DNA from: a virus
DNA length: 51,167 nucleotides
IMG/VR virus record: IMGVR_UViG_3300044462_000123
Reading direction: 5' to 3' (one strand)
In this document: positions 16,877 through 25,229 of the stretch, piece by piece
Layout: every line of letters starts with the position of its first letter
Position numbering within the stretch: position 1 is the first letter of the stretch
The notes under the pieces: model-generated
Databases searched by the model: none
Told to the model about the DNA's origin: nothing
The model's input: only the letters and a program-made list of their open reading frames with translations
Made by a program: the position numbers and the translations under genes

Positions 16877-17230
16877 ATGATCGCCCTCCCCGACGAGCCG
16901 CCGGAGCGTCAAGCCTCGCTCTTCTCCCGAGCGACCGCGCGCGCGACCGACCCCGAGACGTCGCACCTGGCCGCGGCCTCCGTCGACGCCGACAAGCTGG
17001 AGGTGCAGGTGCTGGACTACCTGCGGTACTGCCGCCACCTCGGCGCTACGTCGCATGAGATCGCGGCGGGGCTTGGGCTGAGCCTCGTCACGGTCAGCCC
17101 GCGGCTCCGCCCCCTGCAGCGGCACGGGCTGGCGGCGTGGGCGCGTGACGCGGACGGGCATCCGATTCGGAGGAAGGGCGCGGGGCATCGGGTGGCGTCG
17201 CAGGTGTGGGTGGCAGGGGAGTTCGCATGA
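16877..17230 (+). CDS. Winged-helix DNA-binding protein
   Basis: VQVLDYLRYCRHLGATSHEIAAGLGLSLVTVSPRLRPLQRHGL. Start taken at ATG 16877; the upstream in-frame stretch looks non-coding. Confidence 0.6.
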   Translation: MIALPDEPPERQASLFSRATARATDPETSHLAAASVDADKLEVQVLDYLRYCRHLGATSHEIAAGLGLSLVTVSPRLRPLQRHGLAAWARDADGHPIRRKGAGHRVASQVWVAGEFA

Positions 17231-17697
17231 TGAGCAGCTTCATCGGCATCGACCCGGGCACCTCGTGCGGCTGGGCCGTGCTCTCCGCCGCCGGCGGACG
17301 CATCGGCTCCGGCACGTGGGACTGCAGCACGCGCCGCGGCGAGGGCGCCGGCTTCCGCTTCGTGCGATTCGAGCGGTGCCTGCGCGAGCTGCTGGGCGCG
17401 CATCCCGGCGCGCAGCTCGCCTACGAAGAAGTACGCCGGCACGCTGGCACCGACGCCGCGCACGTCTACGGCGGTCTTCGGTCCCACATCCTCCGCGTGT
17501 GCGAGGAGCTGGGCGTGCCCTACTGCCCCGTGCCCGTGGGCACGGTGAAGAAAGCCGCCACCGGCAAGGGCAACGCCGACAAGAACGCCATGGTCTCGGC
17601 GGCGCGCGCGCGGTGGGGCGCACCCGATCGAGCGAAGGACGACGACGAGGCCGACGCGCTGTTCATCGCCGAGTGCCTGCGCGGAGGGTTCGCATGA
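17227..17697 (+). CDS. RuvC-like Holliday-junction resolvase
   Basis: FIGIDPGTSCGWAV ... YEEV ... DEADALFIA: the acidic catalytic motif order of the RuvC family. Confidence 0.8.
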   Translation: MMSSFIGIDPGTSCGWAVLSAAGGRIGSGTWDCSTRRGEGAGFRFVRFERCLRELLGAHPGAQLAYEEVRRHAGTDAAHVYGGLRSHILRVCEELGVPYCPVPVGTVKKAATGKGNADKNAMVSAARARWGAPDRAKDDDEADALFIAECLRGGFA

Positions 17698-17789
17698 AGA
17701 CGCTGGCGGATCGCTTTGAGGCCCGCGTGGAGCGCGCGCGCGGCAAAACGTGGGCTCACGTCACCGAGCAGCAGCGGGGGGCGGCATGA
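17694..17789 (+). CDS. Very small ORF (31 aa), possible coupling peptide
   Basis: ATGA overlaps at both ends. No other support. Confidence 0.3.
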   Translation: MKTLADRFEARVERARGKTWAHVTEQQRGAA

Positions 17790-18259
17790 GCACGCGATTC
17801 GGCCTGCCACCGACCCGGGCGCGCCGGCACAACTTCAGCCCCGAGTACCTCGCCCAGCGCCTGGCCGCCGGCGCCATCGTGGCTGAGATCGCCGCTGACC
17901 ACTGCTGCAGCGAGTGGACCGTCCGCTCCCGGTGCGTGGAATACGGCATCGAATGGCACGTCCGCTGGCATTCCAGCGAGAGCCTGCGCGCGCAGCTCAC
18001 CGACTTCGCGGCGCAGGGGATGCCATGCGCTGGTCAAGCCAAACTTCTGGGAATGGACGTCGAGGCGGTGCGCTACCACGTCCGCCGGCTCGGCCTGCCT
18101 AGGCTGCAGTGGGGCGGCAAGCGGCGCGGCTTCGGCGTGCGGATGCGCGAGGTCGTCAAGGGCGTGGGCTGCTCGCCGGGCGTGGGCATCTTCGACTGGC
18201 CGGACGGCGTGCCGGCCGCGGCCGTGCTGCGCGATGACGCGGCGCAGGAGGCGGCCTGA
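17786..18259 (+). CDS. Hypothetical protein with two HTH-like segments
   Basis: IVAEIAADHCCSEWTVRSRCVEYGI and QAKLLGMDVEAVRYHVRRLGL. Confidence 0.55.
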   Translation: MSTRFGLPPTRARRHNFSPEYLAQRLAAGAIVAEIAADHCCSEWTVRSRCVEYGIEWHVRWHSSESLRAQLTDFAAQGMPCAGQAKLLGMDVEAVRYHVRRLGLPRLQWGGKRRGFGVRMREVVKGVGCSPGVGIFDWPDGVPAAAVLRDDAAQEAA

Positions 18260-19215
18260 TGGAGTGGATGAAGATCCGCGAGGACCTGCCCGAGGACCCA
18301 GTGACGCTGTTCATCGCGGACGTCGTGGGGATCCACCCCGACGAGGTCGTCGGCAAGCTGGTCCGGATCTGGCGCTGGTCGCGGCACCACACGGCCAGCG
18401 GATTCGTGCCCGGTGTGAAGCCCGGTGTCGTGGACACCATGGTCGGCAGGCGCGGCTTCGCCCAGGCGATGGCCTCAGCTCCTGATGGGCCGTGGCTCGT
18501 GATCGAGCCAAGGGGGCTGACCTTCCCGAAGTGGGACGAGCACAACAGCAAGGCCGCAAAGTCGCGCGCCCTCGCCCGCGAGCGCGTGCAGACCATGCGC
18601 TCGAAGCGTAACACCCGTAACGCTGGTGTTACGCCGGAGTCACGCTCGGAGCGTAATGCATTAGACGAGACGAGACGAGACGAGATGAAGGAAGGCCCTT
18701 CGCTTCGCTCAGGGCTTGCGCCGCCTGCCGGCGACGCCCCCGCAGCGCATCCGACCAAGAAGCGCCCCCCCAAGTCCGCCCAGGACGTGATCCGAGTCCC
18801 CGACGGGCGCGCTGCCACCTCCGCGTTCACGGACGGCTGGGATGCCCTGTTCCGGCTGCACAAGGGCGCTGGCTACGGCTTCGACGGTCCGAAGGACATG
18901 CAATCCGCCAAGGCAATCCTCGGGTTTGCCGGGTTGCGCGTGCGGCCGGTGCCGTCCACGGCCGACGAGGCGGATGCCGCCGTGGCCGTGGCGCTCGACA
19001 TGGCCGAGCGGCTGCTGACGAGTACCGACCCGTTCTTCGTCGGCAAGGGCGTCGACCTCGGCCTGCTGCGCTCGCAGTGGAACCGCATCAGCTCGGCCGG
19101 CGTGGGCGCCATCGCGCAAGCGCCTGGCCAGCGCCAGACCAACGTCGAGCGCAGCCTGTCGGCGCTGGAGTCTTTCAAGGCGCGCGTCACGCAACAGGAG
19201 CCCCGCCGTGGCTGA
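18259..19215 (+). CDS. Putative replisome organiser / replication initiation protein
   Basis: N-terminal WMKIREDLPEDPVTLFIA...VVGKLVRIWRW pattern typical of phage replisome-organiser N-domains. Followed by the loader gene. Confidence 0.6.
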   Translation: MEWMKIREDLPEDPVTLFIADVVGIHPDEVVGKLVRIWRWSRHHTASGFVPGVKPGVVDTMVGRRGFAQAMASAPDGPWLVIEPRGLTFPKWDEHNSKAAKSRALARERVQTMRSKRNTRNAGVTPESRSERNALDETRRDEMKEGPSLRSGLAPPAGDAPAAHPTKKRPPKSAQDVIRVPDGRAATSAFTDGWDALFRLHKGAGYGFDGPKDMQSAKAILGFAGLRVRPVPSTADEADAAVAVALDMAERLLTSTDPFFVGKGVDLGLLRSQWNRISSAGVGAIAQAPGQRQTNVERSLSALESFKARVTQQEPRRG

Positions 19216-19819
19216 TCCCGTCGAAGTCGCCAACGTCCTCGGCGTGCTCTCCGCGGCTTTCCCCAGCGTGACGCTGACCGAGCAGACCGCGGCCGTGTGG
19301 GCCGGCGCGCTGCACGACGTGCCGGCCGACGCGCTCGCGGCGGCGGCGCAGAAGCTCATCGTGACGGCGAAGTTCTTCCCAGCCATCGCCGAGGTGCGCG
19401 AGGCCGCGCTGTCGTCGATGGGTTTGCTGCCGGACCGCGCCGCGGAGCTGGCGTGGGGCGAAGTCCTCGATGCCGTCAGCCGCTTCGGCTGGGCGCGCGC
19501 GCCCCTCTTCGCGGACCCGCTCGTGGAGCGCGCGCTGCAGTGCACGATCGGCTGGCGCGACTTGTGCACGTCGGACCTGTCGGACGGGTCGTCGCATCGG
19601 GCGCGCTTCATCGCGGCCTACGACGCGCTGCAGCGCCGCGTGCGCGAGGGCCTGCTGCTGCCAGACGCGCTGCGGGCGCAGATCGCGGAGTGCCGCAAGG
19701 ATTACGTCGCAGGCGTGCTTGAGGACCAGCACCCGGACCGCGAGAGCGTGAGCGACCAGGCGAAGCGAGCACGCGCGCTGGTGGCCGGCCTTGGCGCCGG
19801 CCCGAAGGCAGCGCCATGA
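19208..19819 (+). CDS. Replicative-helicase loader, G39P-like
   Basis: VLSAAFPSVTLTEQTAAVWAGALHDVPADALAAAAQKLIVTAKFFPAIAEVREAA matches the remembered loader-and-inhibitor-of-G40P pattern. Confidence 0.65.
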   Translation: MADPVEVANVLGVLSAAFPSVTLTEQTAAVWAGALHDVPADALAAAAQKLIVTAKFFPAIAEVREAALSSMGLLPDRAAELAWGEVLDAVSRFGWARAPLFADPLVERALQCTIGWRDLCTSDLSDGSSHRARFIAAYDALQRRVREGLLLPDALRAQIAECRKDYVAGVLEDQHPDRESVSDQAKRARALVAGLGAGPKAAP

Positions 19820-20161
19820 GCGCGCGACTTGATTCCGTCCTCGCGATGGCTACTCTCGGCTCCATCGGGCGACAGGCGCCTGGGAGCTGGGCTGGGAGGC
19901 CCGGTGGACGCCTGCCGCGGCGGGTCCGTGCAGACGCCACGGATTTCTTTCGGGAGGTTGCGATGGCCGGGATGAGCCGCCAGCCGCTCGTGCTTCACGT
20001 CCTTCGCGCCGAACGATGCGAAGTTGCTCATGCGCGGCATGGACATCCGGCACATCCAGCTTCTACTCGGGCACGCCTGCCTCAGCACGACGGCGATCTA
20101 CACGCACGTGCCGCTGCCGCATCTGCAGAAAGCGTACGCGCGAGCGCACCCGCTGGGCTGA
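19816..20161 (+). pseudogene. Truncated, frameshifted tyrosine recombinase (integrase) C-terminal remnant
   Basis: Frame 2 (19976-20161) reads ...[24 protein letters not shown]...HPLG*, the box II / catalytic Tyr region. The HxLR-like LHVLR lies in frame 1 upstream. GC3 switches frame near 20000. No N-terminal or first catalytic Arg region is present. Confidence 0.65.
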
Positions 20162-20174
20162 TCGGCGGTGGCCG

Positions 20175-20459
20175 ATGACGCCGGCCGACCGCTGCGAATG
20201 CCGTGGCCACTGCGCCAAGCACGAGAGCCGCTGCGTAGAGCTGTTCGGCCAGAAGCGCCTCTTCGATGAGCGCGTGGAGGAGCCGGCGTTCAATCGCTAC
20301 GCGCGCGGCCGGCGCTTGTGCGCGGCGTGCGCGACGACCTTCGACCCGTACCGCAAGGCGCGTGAGCGCCGGGCCGAGCGCGCCGCGAGCGAGCGGCAAA
20401 GCGTCGGTGACGAGTACGTCCGGTCGTATTTGGAGCGTCTGCGCAATGCACCGCGCTGA
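20175..20459 (+). CDS. Cys-rich hypothetical protein (94 aa)
   Basis: CECRGHCAKHESRC ... CAAC. High GC3. Confidence 0.6.
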   Translation: MTPADRCECRGHCAKHESRCVELFGQKRLFDERVEEPAFNRYARGRRLCAACATTFDPYRKARERRAERAASERQSVGDEYVRSYLERLRNAPR

Positions 20460-20569
20460 TTCCATCTTCGTGGTCCGCGATTCGCGCCTCGGCGGCAGCC
20501 GAGTCGCTGTCTCCCGCAGCGAGCCCCCGCGGATCGCGGGCCACACTTGCCTCATGCGCGGAGCGACCG

Positions 20570-21742
20570 ATGACTAGCAAGATCACCAAGCTCACGCCCG
20601 CGCAGACCGCACTCATGCCCGAGTGGGTCGAGAAGTGGACGGCTATCGGGCTGTGTACGGACGAGGTGAACTGGCAAGCCGCCGAGCAGAATGGCCGCGC
20701 GATCTACCGCGCGGCCGGATTGCCGGAGCCGCGGCTGGTGATCCATGTGCCGTCGCCGCTGGGCGCTTGCCTCGTCATGCCATTCGTCTCGGCGCTGTTG
20801 ACGCAGAAGCTGGGGGACAGCGTCGGGGCCAGCGTCGGGGCCAGCGTCCAGGCCAGCGTCTGGGACAGCGTCTGGGCCAGCGTCTGGGACAGCGTCGGGG
20901 CCAGCGTCTGGGCCAGCGTCCAGGCCAGCGTCTGGGACAGCGTCTGGGACAGCGTCTGGGACAGCGTCGGGGCCAGCGTCGGGGCCAGCGTCCAGGCCAG
21001 CGTCGGGGCCAGCGTCCAGGCCAGCGTCCAGGCCAGCGTCTGGGCCAGCGTCGGGGCCAGCGTCGGGGCCAGCGTCCGGGCCAGCGTCTGGGACAGCGTC
21101 TGGGCCAGCGTCGGGTGCGCCTTCAAGGGCTGCCACGATGCCGGCTTTCCGGCATGGACTTCGTTCTTCGTTGAGGGCTGCGGGCTCTCGCTCGCTCCGC
21201 CAGCCGCTGCGAAAGAAGCCGCGTGGCGCGTGATGCAATCCGGCTGTGGCTGGTGGCTGCCGTACCGCAACCTGCTTGTGCTCTCCGACCGGCCGCGCGA
21301 AATCCACCGCGACGCCCGCGGACGGTTGCACCGCGAGAACGGCATGGCGCTGTCCTACCGTGACGGCTGGGGCCTGTGGGCGCTCAACGGCGTCGCCGTC
21401 ACCGAGCAGATCGTCATGCGTCCCGAGACGCTGACGGCAGCGGAGATCGATGCCGAGCGCAACGCCGACGTGCGCGCCGTCATGGTCGAGCGGTACGGCT
21501 ACCGCCGCTACCTGCACGAGAAGGGCGCGCGCTCTCTCGATGTGCAGGTGGATCGCTTCGGGCGCCCGATGGCCCTGATGGCCACAGCCGACGAGCGCGA
21601 TCCGCACATCCTCGTCTGCACGGATGGGTCCACGACCCGCGTGCATCACTGTCCCGTCCCCCGCGCCGTCCGCGACTGCATGGCTGCCGAGTCGTGGCTG
21701 ATGGGCGGGATCGACTTCCAGCGCGTGAAGGCAGCCTCCTGA
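20570..21742 (+). CDS. Tetrapeptide-repeat protein with DUF6745-like C-terminal domain
   Basis: 25 x (W/G/Q/R)(D/A)SV repeats. The C-terminus WWLPYRNLLVLSDRPREIHRDARGRLHRENGMALSYRDGWGLWALNGVAV...ERNADVRAVMVERYG resembles the remembered DUF6745. Confidence 0.75.
   Translation: MTSKITKLTPAQTALMPEWVEKWTAIGLCTDEVNWQAAEQNGRAIYRAAGLPEPRLVIHVPSPLGACLVMPFVSALLTQKLGDSVGASVGASVQASVWDSVWASVWDSVGASVWASVQASVWDSVWDSVWDSVGASVGASVQASVGASVQASVQASVWASVGASVGASVRASVWDSVWASVGCAFKGCHDAGFPAWTSFFVEGCGLSLAPPAAAKEAAWRVMQSGCGWWLPYRNLLVLSDRPREIHRDARGRLHRENGMALSYRDGWGLWALNGVAVTEQIVMRPETLTAAEIDAERNADVRAVMVERYGYRRYLHEKGARSLDVQVDRFGRPMALMATADERDPHILVCTDGSTTRVHHCPVPRAVRDCMAAESWLMGGIDFQRVKAAS
20813..21112 (+). repeat. Perfectly phased 12-bp tandem repeat, 25 units (NNG-GMC-AGC-GTC)
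   Basis: Units read directly: ggggacagcgtc, ggggccagcgtc, caggccagcgtc, tgggacagcgtc, cgggccagcgtc and so on. Only the first two codons vary. Confidence 0.95.
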
Positions 21743-21752
21743 GGAGTTCATC

Positions 21753-22217
21753 GTGACGACCAAGACCAAGGCCCTGCCCGACGCCGCGACGGCGCACAAG
21801 CTCGTGGAGGACGCGGCGGCGAAGGTGGCCGCGCTGCCCGAGACCGAGCGCGTGGCGAGTCTGTCGGTGGGCGACATGGTGCAGCAGGGCGACGTGTACC
21901 TGCTGCGCGTGAAGGACAAGTCCCAGCCGGCGAAGGACAAGACCGGCAGCCGGCAGCTCGCGCCGGGCAACAACCCGGGCGCGCGGCATGTCATCGACCC
22001 GGACGCGGACGTGACGGTCTACCCGTCGGGAATCGCGGGCGGGCTGGAGGCGCTGGGCGTGCCGGTGGCGAGCCACGCGCTGCTCGGTCCGCTGGTGCGG
22101 GCGCTGTCGCGCTTCACGCTGATGCATCCCGAGCACGGCCACAAGGACATGCCGGCAGGCTGCTACCAGACGCTGTTCCAGGTGGACGCGGTGACGATGC
22201 AGCGGGTGCAGGACTGA
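21753..22217 (+). CDS. Hypothetical protein (154 aa)
   Basis: GTG start with high GC3. QQGDVYLLRV...LAPGNNPGARHVI...HPEHGH. Confidence 0.65.
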   Translation: MTTKTKALPDAATAHKLVEDAAAKVAALPETERVASLSVGDMVQQGDVYLLRVKDKSQPAKDKTGSRQLAPGNNPGARHVIDPDADVTVYPSGIAGGLEALGVPVASHALLGPLVRALSRFTLMHPEHGHKDMPAGCYQTLFQVDAVTMQRVQD

Positions 22218-22220
22218 CCC

Positions 22221-22328
22221 GTGAAGACCCGTGACACGACCATCGGCATCGTTGGCGAGGCGGCGCTGATGCTGTTCGCGCTGTACGCGCTCTGGCTCGC
22301 GGTGTCGCTGATGGCGGCGCACCCGTGA
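22221..22328 (+). CDS. Small single-pass membrane protein (35 aa; below the ORF-track cut-off)
   Basis: Own translation: VKTRDTTIGIVGEAALMLFALYALWLAVSLMAAHP*. GTGA overlap with the next ORF. Confidence 0.4.
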   Translation: MKTRDTTIGIVGEAALMLFALYALWLAVSLMAAHP

Positions 22329-22636
22329 GCACCACCGGCGGGCGCGGCGAGCTGCTCGTCGGCTTCGTCCGGCACCGACATGACCTGCGTGGCGGCGGGG
22401 GCCCGGCGCTCGACGATGTGGCCCGAACGCGCATCGTCGGCGCTGGATGCCACGACCCCAACGTGACGGCCCCCGTCGCCCGCTCTTTCGGCGTGTCGGC
22501 CCTGTTGCCCCTCGGCCTGCCGGTGTGGGGCCTGTGGGCGCTGCTGCTCGCTACCGCGTCGCTGGCGCTCTGGTCGCACTGGCGCTTCCGCCGCGCCGGC
22601 TGCCCGCGCAGTGGCGGCTGGAGGAACGGGCCATGA
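22325..22636 (+). CDS. Membrane protein (103 aa, C-terminal TM helix)
   Basis: VSALLPLGLPVWGLWALLLATASLALWSHW. Coupled overlaps on both sides. Confidence 0.45.
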   Translation: MSTTGGRGELLVGFVRHRHDLRGGGGPALDDVARTRIVGAGCHDPNVTAPVARSFGVSALLPLGLPVWGLWALLLATASLALWSHWRFRRAGCPRSGGWRNGP

Positions 22637-22854
22637 ACGCCGACCTGCACTCCGCCGGCGTGGCCATGGCGGCGCTGGCCCTCTTCGCGCTGGCGCTGCT
22701 CGGCGCGCGTGCCCTGGCCCGCGCGATCTTCCGCTCGCACGACGAGCCCACCGAATCCATGGCCCACGGCGCGGACGACCCCCGCGCGCCGGAGACGGGA
22801 GACCAGCGGGGGGCCAGCTCCACAGCGCCCGGGAGGCGGCCGCTTCGACCCTGA
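22633..22854 (+). CDS. Membrane protein (73 aa, N-terminal TM helix)
   Basis: AGVAMAALALFALALLGARALA followed by a charged tail. ATGA overlap at the start. Confidence 0.5.
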   Translation: MNADLHSAGVAMAALALFALALLGARALARAIFRSHDEPTESMAHGADDPRAPETGDQRGASSTAPGRRPLRP

Positions 22855-22916
22855 CCACGGGCCGGCGGTCCGACCCCTCGGATCGTCGGCCACTCAACCC
22901 ACGGGAGACCCTGACC

Positions 22917-23369
22917 ATGGACGACACCACCGCCATGCACAAGCCAGACGAGCGGGCGGACTACCTCACGCGCTTCCGCGAGAAGGGCCAGTCGCAGGCC
23001 CTCGCCTGGATCCACGACATGCGTCCCGGCGGCGAGGCCGGCATGGCGTGGGCGCTGGGCGTGGCCGACGTCGTGGTGCACAAGTTCGGGCGCGCGCTGC
23101 AGCGGCCGCAGCCGCCGCTCAACCTCGGCGTGGACCTGGTGCTGCCGTGGCGCACGCGCTGGGCGCTGTTCCGGCGCGGGCGCGTCTCGGTGTCCGCGCG
23201 CGCTGTCGTGTCGTCGGCTGGCCCGGCGCCGCTGTTGGGCTCGACGGTCGCGCTCGAGCTCGACGGCAGGATCCTCGACGCGAAGGTTGCGCTGGCGCCG
23301 AAGTTCGTGGCGCCCGAGGAGCCAGTGGGCGTTCAGACCGCTGAGACAGCGGGCGAGGACGGGCCATGA
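22917..23369 (+). CDS. Hypothetical protein (150 aa)
   Basis: ATG 22917 in a long high-GC3 frame. ATGA overlap downstream. Confidence 0.55.
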   Translation: MDDTTAMHKPDERADYLTRFREKGQSQALAWIHDMRPGGEAGMAWALGVADVVVHKFGRALQRPQPPLNLGVDLVLPWRTRWALFRRGRVSVSARAVVSSAGPAPLLGSTVALELDGRILDAKVALAPKFVAPEEPVGVQTAETAGEDGP

Positions 23370-23704
23370 AGAAGCGGCTGAAGAAGCCAGAGCTGGCCCC
23401 AACGGCCATCCTTGTGGCAAACGCAATCGCGTCCTCGCTCAGGAATGGATCGCCGTGGACCGAAGGCGTTCACGCCTTCGTCGGGCCAGACACGCACCTG
23501 ATCGTCGTCGTGGCCGTCATGGGCGCCGATTTGAGCGCGGCGCAGCGCGCGTTTGATTCCGTCAGCGAAGCTGCCTACGCCCAGAGTGGCCTACTCGCGG
23601 CGGCCACCGTGCTGGACCCATGGAAGGCGAAGCCCTGTGCCGCGGAGCCCGAGACCGCGGATAAGCCGCAGCGGTCGGCCCCGGGCGTGGCCGGCGCCGA
23701 CTGA
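23366..23704 (+). CDS. Hypothetical protein (112 aa)
   Basis: ATGA and TGATG junctions. High GC3. Confidence 0.6.
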   Translation: MKKRLKKPELAPTAILVANAIASSLRNGSPWTEGVHAFVGPDTHLIVVVAVMGADLSAAQRAFDSVSEAAYAQSGLLAAATVLDPWKAKPCAAEPETADKPQRSAPGVAGAD

Positions 23705-23895
23705 TGGCCACGCGCGAGACGCAGTGCGGCAACAAGCACCGCCACGAGACGTGGCGCTCGGCGCAGCTCGAGGCAGCCAGCGCCGCGAAGCGCAACCGCC
23801 ACGGCGCGATCCGCGTGTACCGCTGCCCATGGTGCCGCGGCTTCCACATCGGCCACGACGCGCCCGCGCGCCGCATCAAGGCGCTCGCATCGTGA
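23704..23895 (+). CDS. Small zinc-ribbon-like protein (63 aa)
   Basis: QCGNKHRH ... YRCPWCRGFHIGH. Confidence 0.6.
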   Translation: MATRETQCGNKHRHETWRSAQLEAASAAKRNRHGAIRVYRCPWCRGFHIGHDAPARRIKALAS

Positions 23896-24026
23896 GCAGC
23901 AACGTCTACCCGCTGCGCGCTCGTCGTGCGCAGCACCGCGCCACGCCGGGAGCCCCCGGTTCCTTCCACGGGCTGGCGGGCGCGGTCTCTTCTTCACCCG
24001 CGGCCCCGCGCCGCACGGAGACCTGA
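23892..24026 (+). CDS. Possible small ORF (44 aa)
   Basis: GTGA overlap and GC3 around 80%. No other support. Confidence 0.35.
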   Translation: MSSNVYPLRARRAQHRATPGAPGSFHGLAGAVSSSPAAPRRTET

Positions 24027-24027
24027 C

Positions 24028-25005
24028 ATGACCGCACCCATTCACATCGCCCGCGCCTACAACGAGATATTCGCGCAGGACGTTGACCGCGCGCTGGGCT
24101 TCATGCCCACCGTGCAGACGGTCATCTACGCGATCGGCGCCGGGACCATCGACGGCGACATCAAGCACGCGCAGGTGACGCTTGATCTCGCGCGCCAGCG
24201 CGGACAGTTCCTTGAGGCGTGGTTCTACCCCGGGGCGGGCGGCATCACCTCGGGCAAGATCAAGGTCACCGACCCCGCGCTGGTGGCTGACGCGAAGAAG
24301 GCCGCCGACCAGTTGCGCGCTCACATCGCCAATGGTGGCCTCGGTGGCGGGGCCTCGATCCTGTCGGAGTGCGGCGACGACTGGAAGATCACGCCGGCGA
24401 CGTTCATCGCGGCCTACGAGGCCGTGGCGGCGGTGGTGCCGAAGGAGTTTGTCCGCGTGTGGGCGCTGACTCCGATGAAGGGCCTGTCCGGCGCGATGGC
24501 CTACCGCCCGCCGTCGGCGCAGCTCTTCGCGCTGCACCCCTACGGCCTCAAGTCCGTGGACTTCACCGCGCTGGCGGACGGCACGCCGAAGGCCAACACG
24601 ACGCCGGCCGCGCGCACGCTGGCGCTCCTGGAGGCAGCCGCGGTGGCGGGGTTGCCGCTGCTGGGCTTCGACGAGGCTGGCGTGATCGACCTGCCGGACA
24701 TCGCGACCACGGGCAAGGCCGCGTGGCTGTCGTACTACAAGCCGTGCTTCGATCTGCTCACCCGCTACGGCGGCCGGATGATGTTCATGGCGTCCGAAGA
24801 CTGGAAGTTCGGGACGTGGCTCGATGGCCGCTGGGCGCCGACGCTCTCGGCCGAGGAAGGGCACGCGAAGTACCCGCTGGCACCGCTGGCGTGGTTCGGC
24901 GCGCCGGGCTGCCCGGAGGCGTGCGAGATCATGGCCAAGAAGTTCTCCACGGGTATTGTGGCCAAGGCTGTCGCGAGCCCGTTCGCGATTGGAGGTGCGG
25001 CGTGA
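24028..25005 (+). CDS. Hypothetical protein (325 aa)
   Basis: Long high-GC3 ORF starting at ATG 24028. No family recognised. Confidence 0.7.
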   Translation: MTAPIHIARAYNEIFAQDVDRALGFMPTVQTVIYAIGAGTIDGDIKHAQVTLDLARQRGQFLEAWFYPGAGGITSGKIKVTDPALVADAKKAADQLRAHIANGGLGGGASILSECGDDWKITPATFIAAYEAVAAVVPKEFVRVWALTPMKGLSGAMAYRPPSAQLFALHPYGLKSVDFTALADGTPKANTTPAARTLALLEAAAVAGLPLLGFDEAGVIDLPDIATTGKAAWLSYYKPCFDLLTRYGGRMMFMASEDWKFGTWLDGRWAPTLSAEEGHAKYPLAPLAWFGAPGCPEACEIMAKKFSTGIVAKAVASPFAIGGAA

Positions 25006-25229
25006 GCAAGTTCACCGCCGCCTGCCTCGCGTGCGCCGTGACACTCGTGTTCCTCGCCGCGCTGGCCGAGCGCGAGCGGCGGCATGACCGCGCGCACATC
25101 GAGAAGATGCTGATGCCCCCGCCGCCGCAGACGCAGTCGGTGGTGCCGGTGCCGGGGCAGTGCAAGGGATTCCATGCGACGCCGATGGTCGTGACGGTGC
25201 CGTTCGCGACCGGGCCGGACCTGCCGTGA
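25002..25229 (+). CDS. Small membrane-anchored protein (75 aa)
   Basis: FTAACLACAVTLVFLAALA N-terminal hydrophobic segment. GTGA overlaps. Confidence 0.5.
   Translation: MSKFTAACLACAVTLVFLAALAERERRHDRAHIEKMLMPPPPQTQSVVPVPGQCKGFHATPMVVTVPFATGPDLP

Noticed and set aside
19816-20178. 120-aa ORF taken at face value as an intact gene
   Set aside because: After about position 20000 its third-codon positions become A/T-rich, while the +1 frame becomes GC3-rich and reads as an integrase C-terminus. It is better explained as a frameshifted remnant.
20523-20537. Hairpin CCCGCG-GAT-CGCGGG upstream of the repeat-protein gene, considered as a terminator
   Set aside because: It has a 6-bp GC stem with a 3-nt loop and no downstream T-run. 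Such palindromes are common by chance in this composition.
20813-21112. Regular short repeat array considered as a CRISPR array
   Set aside because: Units are 12 bp with no spacers and are perfectly in frame inside a coding sequence. There are no cas genes.
20552-21994. 480-aa minus-strand ORF containing a long PDAG/LDAG repeat
   Set aside because: It is the antisense image of the 12-bp tandem repeat. The plus-strand frame has flanking non-repetitive domains with a recognisable family-like C-terminus and high GC3, while the minus ORF is low-complexity outside the repeat.
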